A program made the position numbers and the translations under genes. A stretch of DNA of 64,000 nt, from NCBI GenBank assembly GCA_038087875.1, contig CM075993.1:11472001-11536000 (forward strand), read 5' to 3'. Within the stretch, counting starts at the first letter, position 1. Each line of letters begins with the position of its first letter. This document shows, piece by piece, positions 1 to 13,576 of this stretch. The notes under the pieces were generated by a model, which worked only from the letters and a program-made list of their open reading frames with translations, was not told the origin of the DNA and searched no databases. This DNA comes from Malacoraja senta (taxonomy: Eukaryota).

Positions 1-3000
1 CAAACCTGCACATCTTTGGAGTGTGGGAGGAAACTGGAGCACCTAGAGAAAACCCATGCAGTTCACAGGAGAAGGTACAAACTGTACAGACAGCATCGGT
101 AGTCAGGATCGAACCTGGGTCTCTGGCGCTGTGAGGCAGCAACTCTACCGCTGCACCACCATGCCGCCCTTGAATAACACACAGGGTGCTGGAGAACTCA
201 GCAAAGTCAGGCTGCATCTTTGGAGGGGAGGGACAGACAACGTTTTGGGTTGAAACGTCCATATCCTCGACCTTCCACAGAGGCTGCCTGACCTGCTGAG
301 TTCTTCCAGGACTTTGTGTGTTATAATTACTGCCAACAGTGGCTGAGCTAGTCATGTTCATGTACTTGGGTAATCTGGGTACAGCTGTACACTAGTGAAT
401 GGTTTTAAGGAGGATTCTGCACAGAAGGGGAGGGTCATCATATGGTCATAAGGAATAGGAGTCGAATTAGGCCATTCGGCCCATTAAGTCTACTCCACCA
501 TACAATCATGGCTGATCTATCTCCCCCTCCTATTCTCCTGCCTTCTCTCCATAACCTCTGACATTCGTACTAATCAAGAATTTATCTATCTCTGCTTTGT
601 GCATCCAATATTTGTGGTGGTCATTTTTGGTGAGGGCAGAAGTGTGAACTATTATCTAGTGGTGGGACCAGTGGAGATGGAACATGTTGGCCAGTATGGG
701 CAAGCTGGGCCGAAGGGCCTGTTTCCACACTGTATCACCCTATGCCTCTATGGTCAACACTCTTGCTTCTTGTTGTTTAAAGCTTGCAATAGAAGAAACT
801 CTAGATAGTAAAATGAACCACAACCAAAATAAATGGGAACCTTGGAAAAGTGAATGCATAAAATGAGCTTCGATGGGGATGACAGAACATTTTGTGGAGC
901 AGTGACAGGCTAACTGCAAGGACATTTGTAGGATACATTTGCTCAGTGTTGAGATGGAAGGGCAGATTTACCTGGGGAATTGGTTCAGAAAGCTGTTGTA
1001 TCAGACATATATTTTATAGAGTTATACAGGATGGAAACACTTCCTAAGTCTAACTCATCCATACCAATCAAGAGGCCGAACCAACCCTCATATCCCTCAG
1101 AATCTTTCTCATCCCTCAGAATCATTCTTACCGGTCCAAATATCTTTCAGACATTGTAATTAATCATGCCACTTCCTTTGCCAGCTTGTTCCACAAACCC
1201 ACGGGTCTTTGTGTAAAAAAACTTAGCTCTTCAGATTCCCTTTAAATCTTTTTTCTCTCACCTTAAGAGAGGGACGGCAGTTCGCAGGCTGGGCCTGTCG
1301 TGGGCAATGGAAGGGATTGGGAGCCGCTCTGGTACAACGAACCGGGACTTTGAACCCGATAAAATGGCGCCGGCATTATTATATGCAAAATTAATTTTAC
1401 TGTGGTAATGTTAAATTGCATATGTGACAACAAATATCCATTTATCCATTGATATCTATTGATATCCATAATATCCGATTATTATTTCATGTTTCATGTA
1501 CATTTCATGTTTCATGTATTTTGTGTTTTTTTGACTGTTGGAAGATCAATTTCCCTCCCGGGATAAATAAAGTTATATTAAATAAAGTATCCTGCAACTT
1601 TTATGCCCCTTATAATTTTATAAACCTCTGTAAAATCACCCCTCAGCATCCTTGGCTCCAGAGAAACAGTCCCAGCTTATCCAGTTTGTCCTTGTAATTT
1701 GTCCTCCAGACTGGGCGACATCATGGTGAATTTTGTTTGCATCTTTAGCTTAATCACATCTTCCCTGCGGTGTGGAGACCACGACTGCACACAATACTCC
1801 AAGTACAGCCTAGCCTCCATTTTGTACAACTGTAACATGATGTCCCGACTCCTACACTCACAGCTGTGGCCAAACAAGGTGAGAGCCAGCCATACGCCCA
1901 TTCACCATTCCGTCTACATTTAGTGATTCAGAGATACAGCACGGAAACTGGCCCTTTGGCCCACTTGAGTCCACGCCGACCAGCGATCACATCGTATACA
2001 AGCGCTATCCTACACACTATGGACAATTCACAACAGAAGCCAATTAACCTACAATCTTGTACATCTTTGGAGTGTGGGAGGAAACCGGTGCTGCCAGAAA
2101 AAACCCACTCGGTCACAGGGAGACCATGCAAACTCCGCACAGACAGCACCCGAGGTCAGGATCGAGCCCGAGTCTCTGGTGCTATCTCTGCCTTTGACCT
2201 TGTTCTGATGAATGCTGCTTGTATGGGTATAAATGATAAATGTAAGGATGAGGAATTTTAGGAAGGAGATGAGGAATTTCTTGTCAGAGAGTGGTGAATC
2301 TGTGGAATTCTTTGCCACAGAAGGCTATGGAGGCCGTCAGTGGATATTTTTAAGGCAGGGATAGATAGATTCATGATTAGTACGGGTGTCAGCGGTTATG
2401 GGGAGAAGGCAGGACAATGGGGTTGAGAGAGAGCCATGATTGAATGGCGGAGTAGACTTGATGGGCTGAATGGCCTAATTCTACTCCTATCACTTATGAC
2501 TGTCGGGGTGGTGGTGGGGCATCGCGATCAGCGGTCGATGAGCAAGATGGGGTGAGGGGAAGACAATGATGACCCGGTGTGGGGGACGGTGAGAGAACAA
2601 AAGGGGACCCAGTGTGGGGGAGAGGGGGGGTGCACTAGTTTTAGAATCCTCGGCCTGCATTTGTTTGTTTGTTTGTTCGTTGGTTCTGGTGAAGGCGCTG
2701 TGCACACTGCAGCCACACAACAATCGCTTGCTTTTTTCTTTTTTTGTTCACTTTTAATTTAATTTTAATTTCAAGTTTTCGTTTACCTTGTTGAGTGTTG
2801 TGACTATTGGCAAACCAATTTCCCTCGTGAGATGAATAAAGTTCTATCGTATCGTATCGTATTGTAGCAATGTGCATGAGACCACCAGGAAGAGGCAATG
2901 AACAGAAACATGGTCGTGGCAGGGACAATATCGCCCAGTGCTGGAGATGCTGTTCTCTGTAACCATGAGTGTGAGTTGTTTATCCAGATTAAGGACCTCT

Positions 3001-3703
3001 CCTGGGAGTGGAGCAAGGTCAGAGAGGGAGGAAGAGGATTCAGTTGTTGTTACAGCACTGACCTCCACAGACTCATACAGCGCGGAACCAGGCCCTTAGG
3101 CCCAACATGCCCATGCCGACCAAGTTCCCCCATCTACAGATGCCTGCGTTTGCGTTTGGCCCATATCCCTCAAAACCTTTCCTTCCCTATCCATGTACCT
3201 AAATGCCTCTCATGTGTAGGAAAACGCCAAGCAGAAAGCTGCCGCACAGCTGGAGTTTGCAATAAGTAACTTTCCCAGTGAGTGGCAGCATGGAGGGATG
3301 GAATGTTCTCTCTTCGTCAAGTTAGCAATAATAAATAAAGAACAGAAAGCAAGCGTGAAGTGGCCGCAAGCACATGTATTTACAGGAAAGAGAGGGTTAT
3401 GGTTGTGCGGAGTTTGCACGCTCTCTCTGTGACCCCATCATTTTTTTCTGGGTGCACCAGTTTCCTCCCACATCCCAAAGACGTGCAAATTTGTAGGCTA
3501 ATTGGTCCTCTGTAAATTGTTCCTCGTGTGCAGGAAAGAAATGGTTTACCTGTGATCGCTGGACAGCATGGACTCGATAGGCCAAAGGGCCATGCTGTAT
3601 TCCAAATCTAAACAATATGTGTAGGCAGACAAGGTTAGTTTATCTGGCCATTATGTTCAGCACATGGACTCGAAGGCCTGTTCCTGTGCTTACTGTTCAA
3701 TGT

Positions 3704-4005
3704 TTAGTTTAGAGATACAATGCGGAAACAGGCCCTTCGGTCCACCTAGTCCGTGCTGACCGGCGATCCCCGCACACTAACACCGTCCAACACACTAGGG
3801 ACAATTTACAATGTTACCAAGCCAATTAATCTGCAAACCTGCATGTCTTTGGAGTGCGGGAGGAAACCGGAGCACCCGGAGAAAACCCACGCAGGTCACA
3901 GGGAGAACGTATTAAACTCTGTACAGACAGCACCCTTAGTCAAGATTGAACCCGGGTCTCTGGGACTGTAAGGCAGCAACTCTACCGCTGCGCCAGCATG
4001 ACGCC
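3704..4005 (-). mobile_element. V-SINE (HE1-like), representative minus copy; others at ~1-170, 1920-2180, 6058-6362, 18583-18893, 21515-21820, 26998-27272, 43104-43395, 50870-51320, 53565-53872, 60630-60893
   Basis: Reverse complement of the same consensus. Confidence 0.85.
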
Positions 4006-4269
4006 TTTGAAATGTTACAATGTTGTATGTTCCACTACACCTCAGCTGATCATCACCCCCACAACACCCCCTGAAAACACAGTCAAATAATCTATCTCAA
4101 ATGCCATCAGCATTTTGCAGGAGATCTCGTCAACTTTGCAACACCAGATCTCTTCTCCTTTGTGAAGTTATACATTATTTCTTGATCTCTGGATGAGGTG
4201 CACAGTAAGAAAGAGATGGACAGAAAATGCTGGAGTAACTCAGCAGGTCAGGCAGCATCTCTGGAGAAT

Positions 4270-4500
4270 ACATGGACTTTAGTAAGGCGTTCTACAAGGT
4301 GCCGTATGGTAGGCTGCTCTGGAAGGTTAGATCTCTTGGTATCCAAGGAGAAATAGCTGAATTGATAGCAAATTGGCTCCATGGAAGGAAGCAGAGGGTG
4401 ATGGTGGAAGGTTGCTTCTCGAACTGGAGGCCTGTGACTAGTGGTGTGCCTCAGGGTTCGGTGCTGGGCCCGTTACTGTTTGTAATCTACATCAATGATT
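4270..4500 (+). mobile_element. CR1 RT fragment running into a gap
   Basis: [11 protein letters not shown]...[20 protein letters not shown]. Confidence 0.85.
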
Positions 4501-4700
4501 NNNNNNNNNNNNNNNNNNNNNNNNNNNNNNNNNNNNNNNNNNNNNNNNNNNNNNNNNNNNNNNNNNNNNNNNNNNNNNNNNNNNNNNNNNNNNNNNNNNN
4601 NNNNNNNNNNNNNNNNNNNNNNNNNNNNNNNNNNNNNNNNNNNNNNNNNNNNNNNNNNNNNNNNNNNNNNNNNNNNNNNNNNNNNNNNNNNNNNNNNNNN
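4501..4700. other. Assembly gap (200 N)
   Basis: Run of N. Confidence 1.
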
Positions 4701-5070
4701 TTCCCTCTCATCCTTCTAAACTCCAGAGTGTACAAGCCCAGCCGCTCCATTCTCTCAGCATATGACTGTCCCGCCATCCCGGGAATTAACCTTGTAAACC
4801 TACGCTGCACTCCCTCAATAGCAAGAATGTCCTTCCTCAATTTAGGGGACCAAAACTGCACACAATACTCCAGGTGTGGTCTCACTAGGGCTCTGTACAA
4901 CTGCAGAAGGACCTCTTTGCTCCTATATTCAACTCCTCTTGATATATTAAGGCCAACATGCATTTCGCTTTCTTCACTGCCTGCTGTACCTGCATGCTTA
5001 CTTTCATAGACTGATGAACAAGGAGCCCCAGATCCCGTTGTACTTCCCCTTTTCCCAACTTGACGCCATT
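4701..5070 (-). mobile_element. CR1 ORF2 C-terminal fragment
   Basis: LYRALVRPHLEYCVQFWSP...RLGLYTLEFRRMRG. Confidence 0.85.
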
Positions 5071-7593
5071 GAAACTCAACACAAAATCTCAAGATCAGAA
5101 AGTATATCTGAAAGTTGAAGCCTTAAAACCCATTCTCTGTCGGGGTTCCTTGTTGGAGTCAAGAGAGGACGTATAGGGACAACTGTTGGATCTCCTGGAG
5201 TACAGGGGAAAGTAGCTGCCTTCCCAGTATTGATGCTTTTTGATCTCTGTGTGATCACAGGATCGTTTCCTGCTTTTTACAGTATTAAACTGCTGAGCAT
5301 TCTTCAGTTAATACTATGTTTTTGAAGACACAGGGAACTGCAGATGTTGGAATCATGAGCAGAATGCGCAGTGCTGGAGGAACTCAGTGGGTCAGGCGGC
5401 ATCTGTGGAGAGAATGGATGTGACATTCCAGGTGTAGAAGGAAACACCATCTGTCCATTCCCTCCTCAGATGCTGCCTGACCTGCTGAGTTCCTCCAATA
5501 CTTTGTGTTTTGCACTGTTTTTATGGATTAGTTCACCTGGTCAACCAGAATATTTCAGCGTTCGAGATACTAGCATCTGCAGTTCCTTGGAGGGCCGGTG
5601 AGGAGAGCAGCCATGGGAGGGAGTGCACGGCCTCGACGGGGGAGTGGCCGCTGGAGGCCCTGCAGCAGCCTGGGGCTCGGCTGGACCGGGCGCCGCTTCA
5701 AGAGGCCGAGCGCGTGGACCGGACGCGGCCTACAGCGGTGGAGCAGCGGCGGAGGTCACCACGGCTACGCTTGGCCAGGCCGACCCGGCAATGTCGCCAT
5801 GACAACGGGCCTTCATGGTCAGGTCAAGATCCCTGCACTTACAACAACTGGGACTTAGAAATGGCACCAAACTGGCGACTCTGTAAACTGTCTCAGTGTC
5901 CTGCTGCTACACACTGGTACTGTATCTGAGATACTTATCTAATATGTATCTTAGTGATTACATATAGTGATACTTTTACTGAACTGTATACAAAAATGTA
6001 TTTCACTGTACCTCGCTACATGTGACAATAAAGTACCGTTGAACCACTGTGAGAACCAGTTTCGAGATACAGTGCGGTAACAGGCCTTCCAAAGTCAGTC
6101 CCAATGAGTCCAAGCCGATCAGCGATCACCACACACCCTAGCATTATCCAACGCTCTAGGGACAATTTAAACTTTTACAAAAGCCAATTATCCTACAATC
6201 TTGTACATCTTTGGAATGTGGGAGGAAACTGGAGCACCCAGAGAAAACCCACGTGGTCACAGGGAAAATGTACAAACTCTGTATAGACAGCACCCCTAGT
6301 CAGGATCGAACCCGTGTCTCCGGTGATGCAAGGCAGCAACTTTGTCATTGCGCCACTGTGCTGGCCTTACTTACAATACCATTCGGGTCTCATCTTGATA
6401 CAACACAGTAGAAGGCCATTTGGGACATTGGTTCCCTGCTAGCTCCCATCGCTCCATACTCATTATTTCTCTATCGTGTGAAGTTTGACAATCATACATA
6501 ACCATAATCATAACACCAATTATGACAGATTACAAAATGTTAACATAGAGACAACACATGAGCGGCACGGCACGGTGGTGCAGCGGTAGAGTTGCTGTTT
6601 TACAGCGCCAGAGACCCGGGTTCGATCTTGTCTACGGGTGCTGTCTGTACAGAGATTGTACGTTCTCCCCGTGACCTGCGTGGGTTTTCTCTGAGATCTT
6701 CGTTTTCCTCCCGCACTCCAAAGGCGTACATTAGTTGTAGATTAATTGGCTTGGTGTATGGTCAAATTGTCCCTCGTGTCTCGGAGAGCGTTAGTGTGCG
6801 GGGATCGCTGGTTGGCGCGGATTGGGTGGGCCGAAGGGCCTGTTTCTGTGCTCTATCTCTAAATTAAACCAAACTAAACACAAAAACATTTCCACCACTC
6901 GGCAGCGGATGAAATCAGTTGGAGAAGGTGAATTTCTCCGGCATCTGTCCGTATCACTAAGGATGGGATGATTGATGCAGTGCTGGAATATTCTTCTCTA
7001 AAACATTCAGTAACACAAACTGGTGATGAATTATTTAACTGGTGGTGACTGCAAGCGTGCACAAGGATGCATCATTATAAGTGGGATGACCAACCGACTT
7101 CCACATTCATTAATTCACAAAACAGTTCAATCAATCTTGCCATTGAATGCCACGGGCAGTTGTGTCAAGTCTAATGCACTCACAACAGTTTGTACCAGCT
7201 GGTTTCTCGGGGATTGGCAGCAGCAACAATTAATTTACTCACTTCAAATAAATATGGGAAATTGTGGGGATATTAATGGGAAAATGCCTGTTTGTCAAAG
7301 ATGCCACAAGGGAGAGCTTTCCACACTTAAACTGAAGCTCGGATGTGTGTGTAGACATGTGCTAGAGTGGCTGCTTGTCTCTACGTCCATTCCAGCCTAC
7401 ACCATGAGGACAATCCTCTGTCTATCCTTCTCACTGAGGAGGGGAACCACAAACTGGAAATCCAAGCCTAGTTTCCAGTGAGCAAGAACACAAGACACAA
7501 AGGCCATCTGAATTTTGTGCCTGAAGTTTGAGTCTGAAGAAGGGTCTCAACCTGAAACATCACCCATTCCTGCCTGCCTGTCCTGCTGAGTTA

Positions 7594-7774
7594 AGGGCCT
7601 GTCCCACTTGGGCATCATTTGCGCGTCATGCAGATGGCGTGCGAAGATTTTGTACATCCCAAAATCCTGGGGCGGCGTGCGACCACGCGTCACTGCCTAC
7701 ATCTGCACGCACCATGCACGCGTCGTGATGCGTTAATTATGTCGCGTAAATGACGCTCAAATGGGACAGGCCCT
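7594..7774. mobile_element. PIF/Harbinger-like MITE
   Basis: TIRs agggcctgtccca... / ...tgggacaggccct. 3-bp TSD TTA at 7591-7593 and 7775-7777. Splits gctgag|tta|ctc of a Penelope-derived repeat. Confidence 0.85.
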
Positions 7775-7997
7775 TTACTCTGGCATTTTAGTGTCTATCT
7801 TGAATTTTGTGCTAACTTGTTGCTCTTGTTAGTTTAGCTTAGTTTAGTTAAGTTGAGTTCAGTTAAGTTGTTAAGTTAAGCTTAGTTAAGTTGTTAAGTT
7901 AAGATTAGTTAAGTTTAGTTTAGTTTATTGTCACGTGATCAAGGTACAGTGAAAATCTTTTATTGCATGCTATCCAATCAGCGGAAAGACTATACAT

Positions 7998-8688
7998 AGA
8001 GTCATAGAGTGATACAGTGTGCAAACAGGCCCTTCAGCCCAACTTGCCCACTCCGGCCAACAATGTCTCAGCTACACTGTTTCCACTTGCCTGCGCTTGG
8101 TCCATATCCCTCCAAACTTGTCCTATCCATGGTAGACAAAAGTGCTGGAGAAACTCAGCGGGTGCAGCAGCATCTATGGAGCGAAGGAAATAGGCAACGT
8201 TTTGGGCCGAAACACTTCTTCAGACACTATCCATGTACCTAACTGTTTCTTAAACGTTGGGATAGTCCCAGCCTCAACTACCTCCTCTGGCAGCTCGTTC
8301 CATACACCCACCACCCTTGGTGTGAAAAAGTTATCCCCTCGGATTCCTATTAAATCTTTCCCCTTCACCTTGAACCTATGTCCTCTGGTCCTCGATTCCC
8401 CTACTCTGGGCAAGAGACTGCATCTTTCCGATTTATTCCTCTCATGATCTTATACACCTCTATAAGATCACCCCTCATGCTCCTGCGCTCCATGGAACAG
8501 AGACCCAGCCTACACAAGCTCTCCCTTTAGCTCACACCCTCTAGTCCTGGCAACATCCTCGTAAATCTTTTCTGAACCCTTTCAAGCTTGACAATATATT
8601 TTCTATAACATGGTGCCCAGAACTGAACGCAATATTCTACATGCGGTCTCACCAATGTCTTATACAACTGCAACATGACTCTCCCAAC
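7998..8688 (-). mobile_element. CR1 3' fragment; same subfamily at 14236-14440(+), 14590-14935(+), 55405-55600(-), 55710-55800(+)
   Basis: PRVGESRTRGHRFKVKG...WNELPEEVVEAGTIPTFKKQL; 3' end tgtatcactctatgactct. Confidence 0.82.
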
Positions 8689-8689
8689 T

Positions 8690-9775
8690 TATAAAGTCTA
8701 CTACTCCCAATTCTTCCGTCTACGCCACATCTGCGCCCATACTAGAACATCCAAGATGTCCTCATTCTTCATGGAACGTGGGTTCCCCTCTCCCATCATA
8801 GATGAGGCCCTCACTCGTGTCTCCTCGGTACCCCACAGTTCCGCCCTTGCTCCCCCTCCCCCTAGTCGCAACAGAGACAGAGTCTCCCTTGTCCTTACCT
8901 TCCACCCCATCAGCCGTCAAGTACAACACATAATCCTCCGAAATTTCCACCACCTCCAACGAGATCCCACCATTTGCCACATTTTCCCATCTCCACACCT
9001 TTCCGCCTTCCGCAGAGACCGTTCCCTCCGCAACTCCCTGGTTAACTCATCCCTTCTCACTCAGTCCACCCCTCCCCAGGTACCTTCCCCTGCAATCGCA
9101 GAAGATGCAACACCTGTTGCTATACCTCATCCCTCGACTCTGTCCAGGGACCCCGACAGTCCTTTCAGGTTAGGCAGAGGTTCACTTGCACCTCCTCCAA
9201 CCTCATCTACTGTATCCATTGTTCAAGATGTGGACTCTTATACATCGGCGAGACCAAACGCAGACTGGGCGATCGTTTCGCGGAACACCTTCGCTCAGCC
9301 CGCGTGAACCAACCTGATCTCCCGGTTGCTAAACACTTTAATTCTCCTTCCCATTCGTACACAGACCTTTCTGTCCTCGGTCTCCTCCATTGTCAGAGTG
9401 AGGCTCAACGCAAATTGGAGGAACAGCATCCCATATTTTGCTTGGGCAGTTTACAGCCCAGTGGTATGAACATTGATTTCTCTCACATCAAGTAGCCCCG
9501 GCATTCCCTCTCTCTCTAACCCTCCCCCACCCAAGTTGCACCAGCTTCTCGTTTTCACCCAACAAACAGCTATCAATAGCCTGTTTCCTTCATCATCGTT
9601 ACTTTTTTGCATATCTTTCATTCATTGTTCTTTATCTCTCCACAACACCGTCTATATCTCTCGTTTCCCTTATCCCTAACCAGTCTGAAGAAGGGTCTCG
9701 ACTCTAAACGTCACCCATTCCTTCTCTCCAGAGATGCTGCCTGTCCCGCTGAGTTACTCCAGCTTTTTGTGTCTG
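8690..9775 (+). mobile_element. Penelope-like element 3' part with GIY-YIG endonuclease and terminal repeat
   Basis: Frame from ~9199 reads NLIYCIHCSRCGLLYIGETKRRLGDRFAEH...VAKHFN...GSLQPSGMN. Upstream YSQFFRLRHIC and LVLTFHP motifs; frameshifted. Ends in the repeat that carries the hammerhead-like motif (9685). Possible TSD tctcccaac. Confidence 0.88.
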
Positions 9776-10681
9776 TCTCCCAACACATGTTGGTTCTCCA
9801 AACCTCGAATACAATCGAGCAATCCACAGTGTACAGATACAGGATAAAGGGAATAATGTTTATTGCAAGATAAATTCTGCTTAAACATAGTCCGAGGGTC
9901 TCCAATGAGGTAGATGGTAGCTCAGGACTGCTCGCTAGCTGGTGATAGTTACCTGCTAACAGCTGGGAAGAAACTGTTCCTGAATCTAGAGGTGTGCGTA
10001 TTCACACTTCTGTACCTTGATTGATTGATCGATCGATTGATTGATCGATGGGAAGATACAGCATGGCAACAGGCTCTTTGACCCACCGAGTCTGTACCCA
10101 TTCACACTAGATCTATGTTATCCCACTTTCTCATCCACTCCCTGGACAACAGAGGACATTTACAGAGGCTGATTAACCTGCATTTCTTTGGGAGGTGGAA
10201 GGAAACTAGAGCACCCGGAGGAAACCCACGCGGTCACAGGGAGAACGTGCAAACTCCACACAGACAGCACCCGAGGGCAGGATCGAACCTGGGTCTCTGG
10301 CGCTGTGAGGCAGCATCTCTCACAGTTGCGGAGTGTTTATGGACCAGCTCCATTTATACTTCGATGAGGCAGGACAGTACAGCCTTGACTTGAAACACTC
10401 ACTTACGTAATTGGTTTGTGCTGGTGTAGGGGTACATAAGGTAGGGAAACAGGGCCTTTGGGCCACCAAGTCCATGCTGACCATCTAGCACCCATTTACA
10501 CGAGTTCTACACTGATTCTATCTATTATTCTCCCCACATTCACATCACCCTCCATGTTCTACCCCTCACTTCCACTCCAGGGCCAATCACAGCAGCTAAT
10601 TAACCTGCCTCTGTCTCTGGATGTGGGAGGAACCAGAACCACCCCTGATAGAGGGTTCCAGACGTTTATCACTCACTAAAT

Positions 10682-11097
10682 CAGGGGTCGGCATCCTACG
10701 GCCCCCAGGCCGAATGCGGCCCGTAACCCAAAACCATCCGGCCCGTGAGCGCCGAGCGCCGAGCTCTGGCTGTACCGCATCCTGCGCAAAGCCGCCAGCA
10801 TGGCCGCGCACCTTCTGTGAACACGTTTAAGAAAGAACTGCAGATGCTGGAAAAATCGAAGGTAGACAAAAATGCTGGAGAAACTCAGCGGGTGAGACAT
10901 GCAAGGATTGCATGAGGCTGCCTCACCCGCTGAGTTTCTCCAGCATTTTTGTCTACCTTCTGTGAACACGGGATTTGATGCCTGCCATCTGGGGAGGGAT
11001 GGGGGCGGGATCCATGTATACATGTGATAGATGTGGCCCGTCATCGCTCACAGACATGCGTCCTGGCCCCTATGCAGAACAAGGTTGCCCACCCCTG
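10682..11097. mobile_element. hAT (Charlie-like) MITE with a nested Penelope-derived fold-back
   Basis: TIRs caggggtcggcatcct / aggttgcccacccctg and subterminal cggccc motifs. The 8-bp flanks match only partly (cactaaat / ccctgtac). Confidence 0.7.
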
Positions 11098-11362
11098 CCC
11101 TGTACATCTTCTTTAAACTTTGCCCCTCTCAGCTTCAAGTAGTGTCCTATTGTCTTCGACATTTCTCCCTGGGATAAAGGCTCTGTCTGTCAGTCTAGCC
11201 GATCTATCTATTTTTATCTATCCATGCCTCTCATAATCTTATATACAGTACTTCTCTCGTCTCTCTGCAGCCCCGACACTCCAGTAAGAACCATCCCAGT
11301 TTGTTCAGCATCTCAGTAGCTCTAATCCTCATATCCAGGCATCGTTCTGGTAACTTTCTCCT

Positions 11363-12094
11363 ACAATTACAATTACAATACCGTTTATTGTCATTTCAAC
11401 CTCAAATGAAGTTCAAACGAAATTTGGTTTCTGCAGTCATACAACAAGAAAAGAACCAAGACACACACCAACACAATTTACACAAACATCCATCACAGTG
11501 AACTGTGTTGGAAAGAAAAGTCTTGTCTCTCCCCTATGTTCCATTCATCTCCCGAAGTTAAAGCCCCCGGCGGGCGATGGCAAGTCCCGCGGCCGTTAAA
11601 GCCGCGCCGGGCGATGTAAGGCTCCCTTCTGGGTGATTTTCAGCTCCGCAATTTGGGCGGGAGAAGTTGCCGTTGCGGGAGCTCCGAAAAGCGGTCTCCC
11701 ACCGGGGACCCGATGTCACCGTCCACAGGACCTGAGGTTGGAGCCTCCGAAGCTCCGGAGTCGGGTCGCAGCCGCGCGCCACCACAACGCTCTACGCTCC
11801 GAGGCCGGCCAGCTCCACGATGGTGAGTCCGCAGGCTCCGCGACTGGAGCCCCCAGGTCGTTCCGGTTGGAGGCCGCTCCACGGTGCTAGGCCCCAACGA
11901 CAACGGAGACCCGACAGGGAAAAGGTCGGGTCCCCTGTACAGGGAAGAGATTTAAAAGTCCCCCCCCACCCTCCCCGCCCCCCACACATACACAGTTAAA
12001 AACAATTTAAAAAACACTACAAACTATACACTCAACGGGACAAAAAATTAAAAAAAGACAGATGGACCGCAGAGGCCGCTGCAAACGTCAGTCG
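11363..12094 (-). mobile_element. Non-coding non-autonomous retroelement with Rex1-like 3' tail and GC-rich body
   Basis: Minus-strand 3' end aatgacaataaacggtattgtaattgtaattg. Flanked by ctcct duplication within an old CR1 fragment. Confidence 0.6.
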
Positions 12095-12971
12095 CTCCTG
12101 CATCCTCACCAAAGCCTACACATCGTTCCAGTGATGTAGTGACCAGAATGGCACGCAATACTCAAAACGTGGCCTCACCAAAGTCCCACAGAGCTGCATC
12201 ATGACTTCCTGACTCTAAGACTCAATGCCCAGATGGATGAAGAGGAGCATACTGCAAACCTTATTTACCATTCGATCTACTTGTTGTGAACTTGGACCCT
12301 AATATCCCTCTGTGAATCAATACTATTAGGGGTCATGCCATTAAATGATTACCTTTCCCAACAAATCACACTTGCTCGGATTCAACTCCATCTGCCATTT
12401 CTCCACCCATTTCTGTAGCTGATCTATATCCCACGGTATCATTTGTCAGTCCTCTTTATTGTCCACTACTCCACCGATTTATTTTGGTGTTGTTTGTAAA
12501 CTTCCTAACCAATCCATCCACATTGATGTCCAAGTCATCTACATACATATCACAAATAACAGCGGTCCCACCACAGATGCCTGCGGTGCTCCACAAGTCA
12601 CCGACCTCCAGCCAGATTGCTTGGATTCCCAACTGGCTTGCACATAGAAGGGTGGTGGTGGTGGCAAGGTGTGATTCTGGCTGGGGCATAGCAAGTCAAT
12701 AGACAATAGACAATAGGTGCAGGAGTAGGACATACGGCCCTTCGAGCCAGCACCGCCATTCAATGTGATCATGGCTGATCATCCCCAATCAGTACCCCGT
12801 TCCTGCCTTCTCCCCATATCCCCTGACTCCGCTATTTTTAAGAGCCCTATCTAGCTCTCTCTTGAAAGTATCCAGAGAACCTGCCTCCACTGCCCTCTGA
12901 GGCAGAGAATTCCACAGACTCACCACTCTCTGTGAGGAAAAGTGTTTCCTCGTCTCCGTTCTAAATGGCTA

Positions 12972-13576
12972 AAGGCTCTGTCTTACCTGTTTGCGGTCAT
13001 CGGCGGTGAAGCGCAGCGTCGCCGGTAGCGGGGACCGCGCGGCAACGGCGAGAGCGCCGCGCCTATCTACTGGAGCGCCGCACGGATGCTGCGCGGGGTC
13101 CGAGTAATTCAAACACGGCGGGTCCCACGTGCTTGCGGTAAGTAAAAAAAAGGGCGGGCCGACTGCGATGACGTCGGCCCGCCGCACGTGACTCACTAGC
13201 GGCGGCTGTGGCGGCGGCCATCCTGATCGCGGCGCTGTAGCGGTGGCTGTGCCTGCGGCCGTGCCGCACACGTGCCTCACTGGCAGAGGCACGTGCCTCA
13301 CTGGCGGAGGCTGTGGTAGTGGAGGTTTGACGCACGGCGCTCGAGCCATACTGGCGGCGGCCCGTGCGGGCGGCCGTGCCGCACTCGTGCATCACTGGTG
13401 GAGGTTGTGCGGTGAGTATATAGTTTTCGACATTGTCGGTTTTATTTTAGCACCGTGCGGTGTTGGGAACACCGCCGCACGGCCCCAGAATTGTACGTTC
13501 TCACGAGTGCGCGGTCTATGGCGGCAGATTCTTCCCGTTTCGCCGCCAATGACCGCAGACCCGTGAGACAGGCCTT
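12972..13576. mobile_element. GC-rich PIF/Harbinger-like MITE (~605 bp)
   Basis: ~40-bp imperfect TIRs (aaggctctgtcttacctgtttgcggtcatcggcgg / ccgccaatgaccgcagacccgtgagacaggcctt). TWA-type target. Interrupts a minus-strand CR1 3' end (12695-13670). Confidence 0.78.

Noticed and set aside
12969..13566. Overlapping Ala/Arg-rich ORFs
   Set aside because: They lie inside a GC-rich MITE; no transposase motifs.
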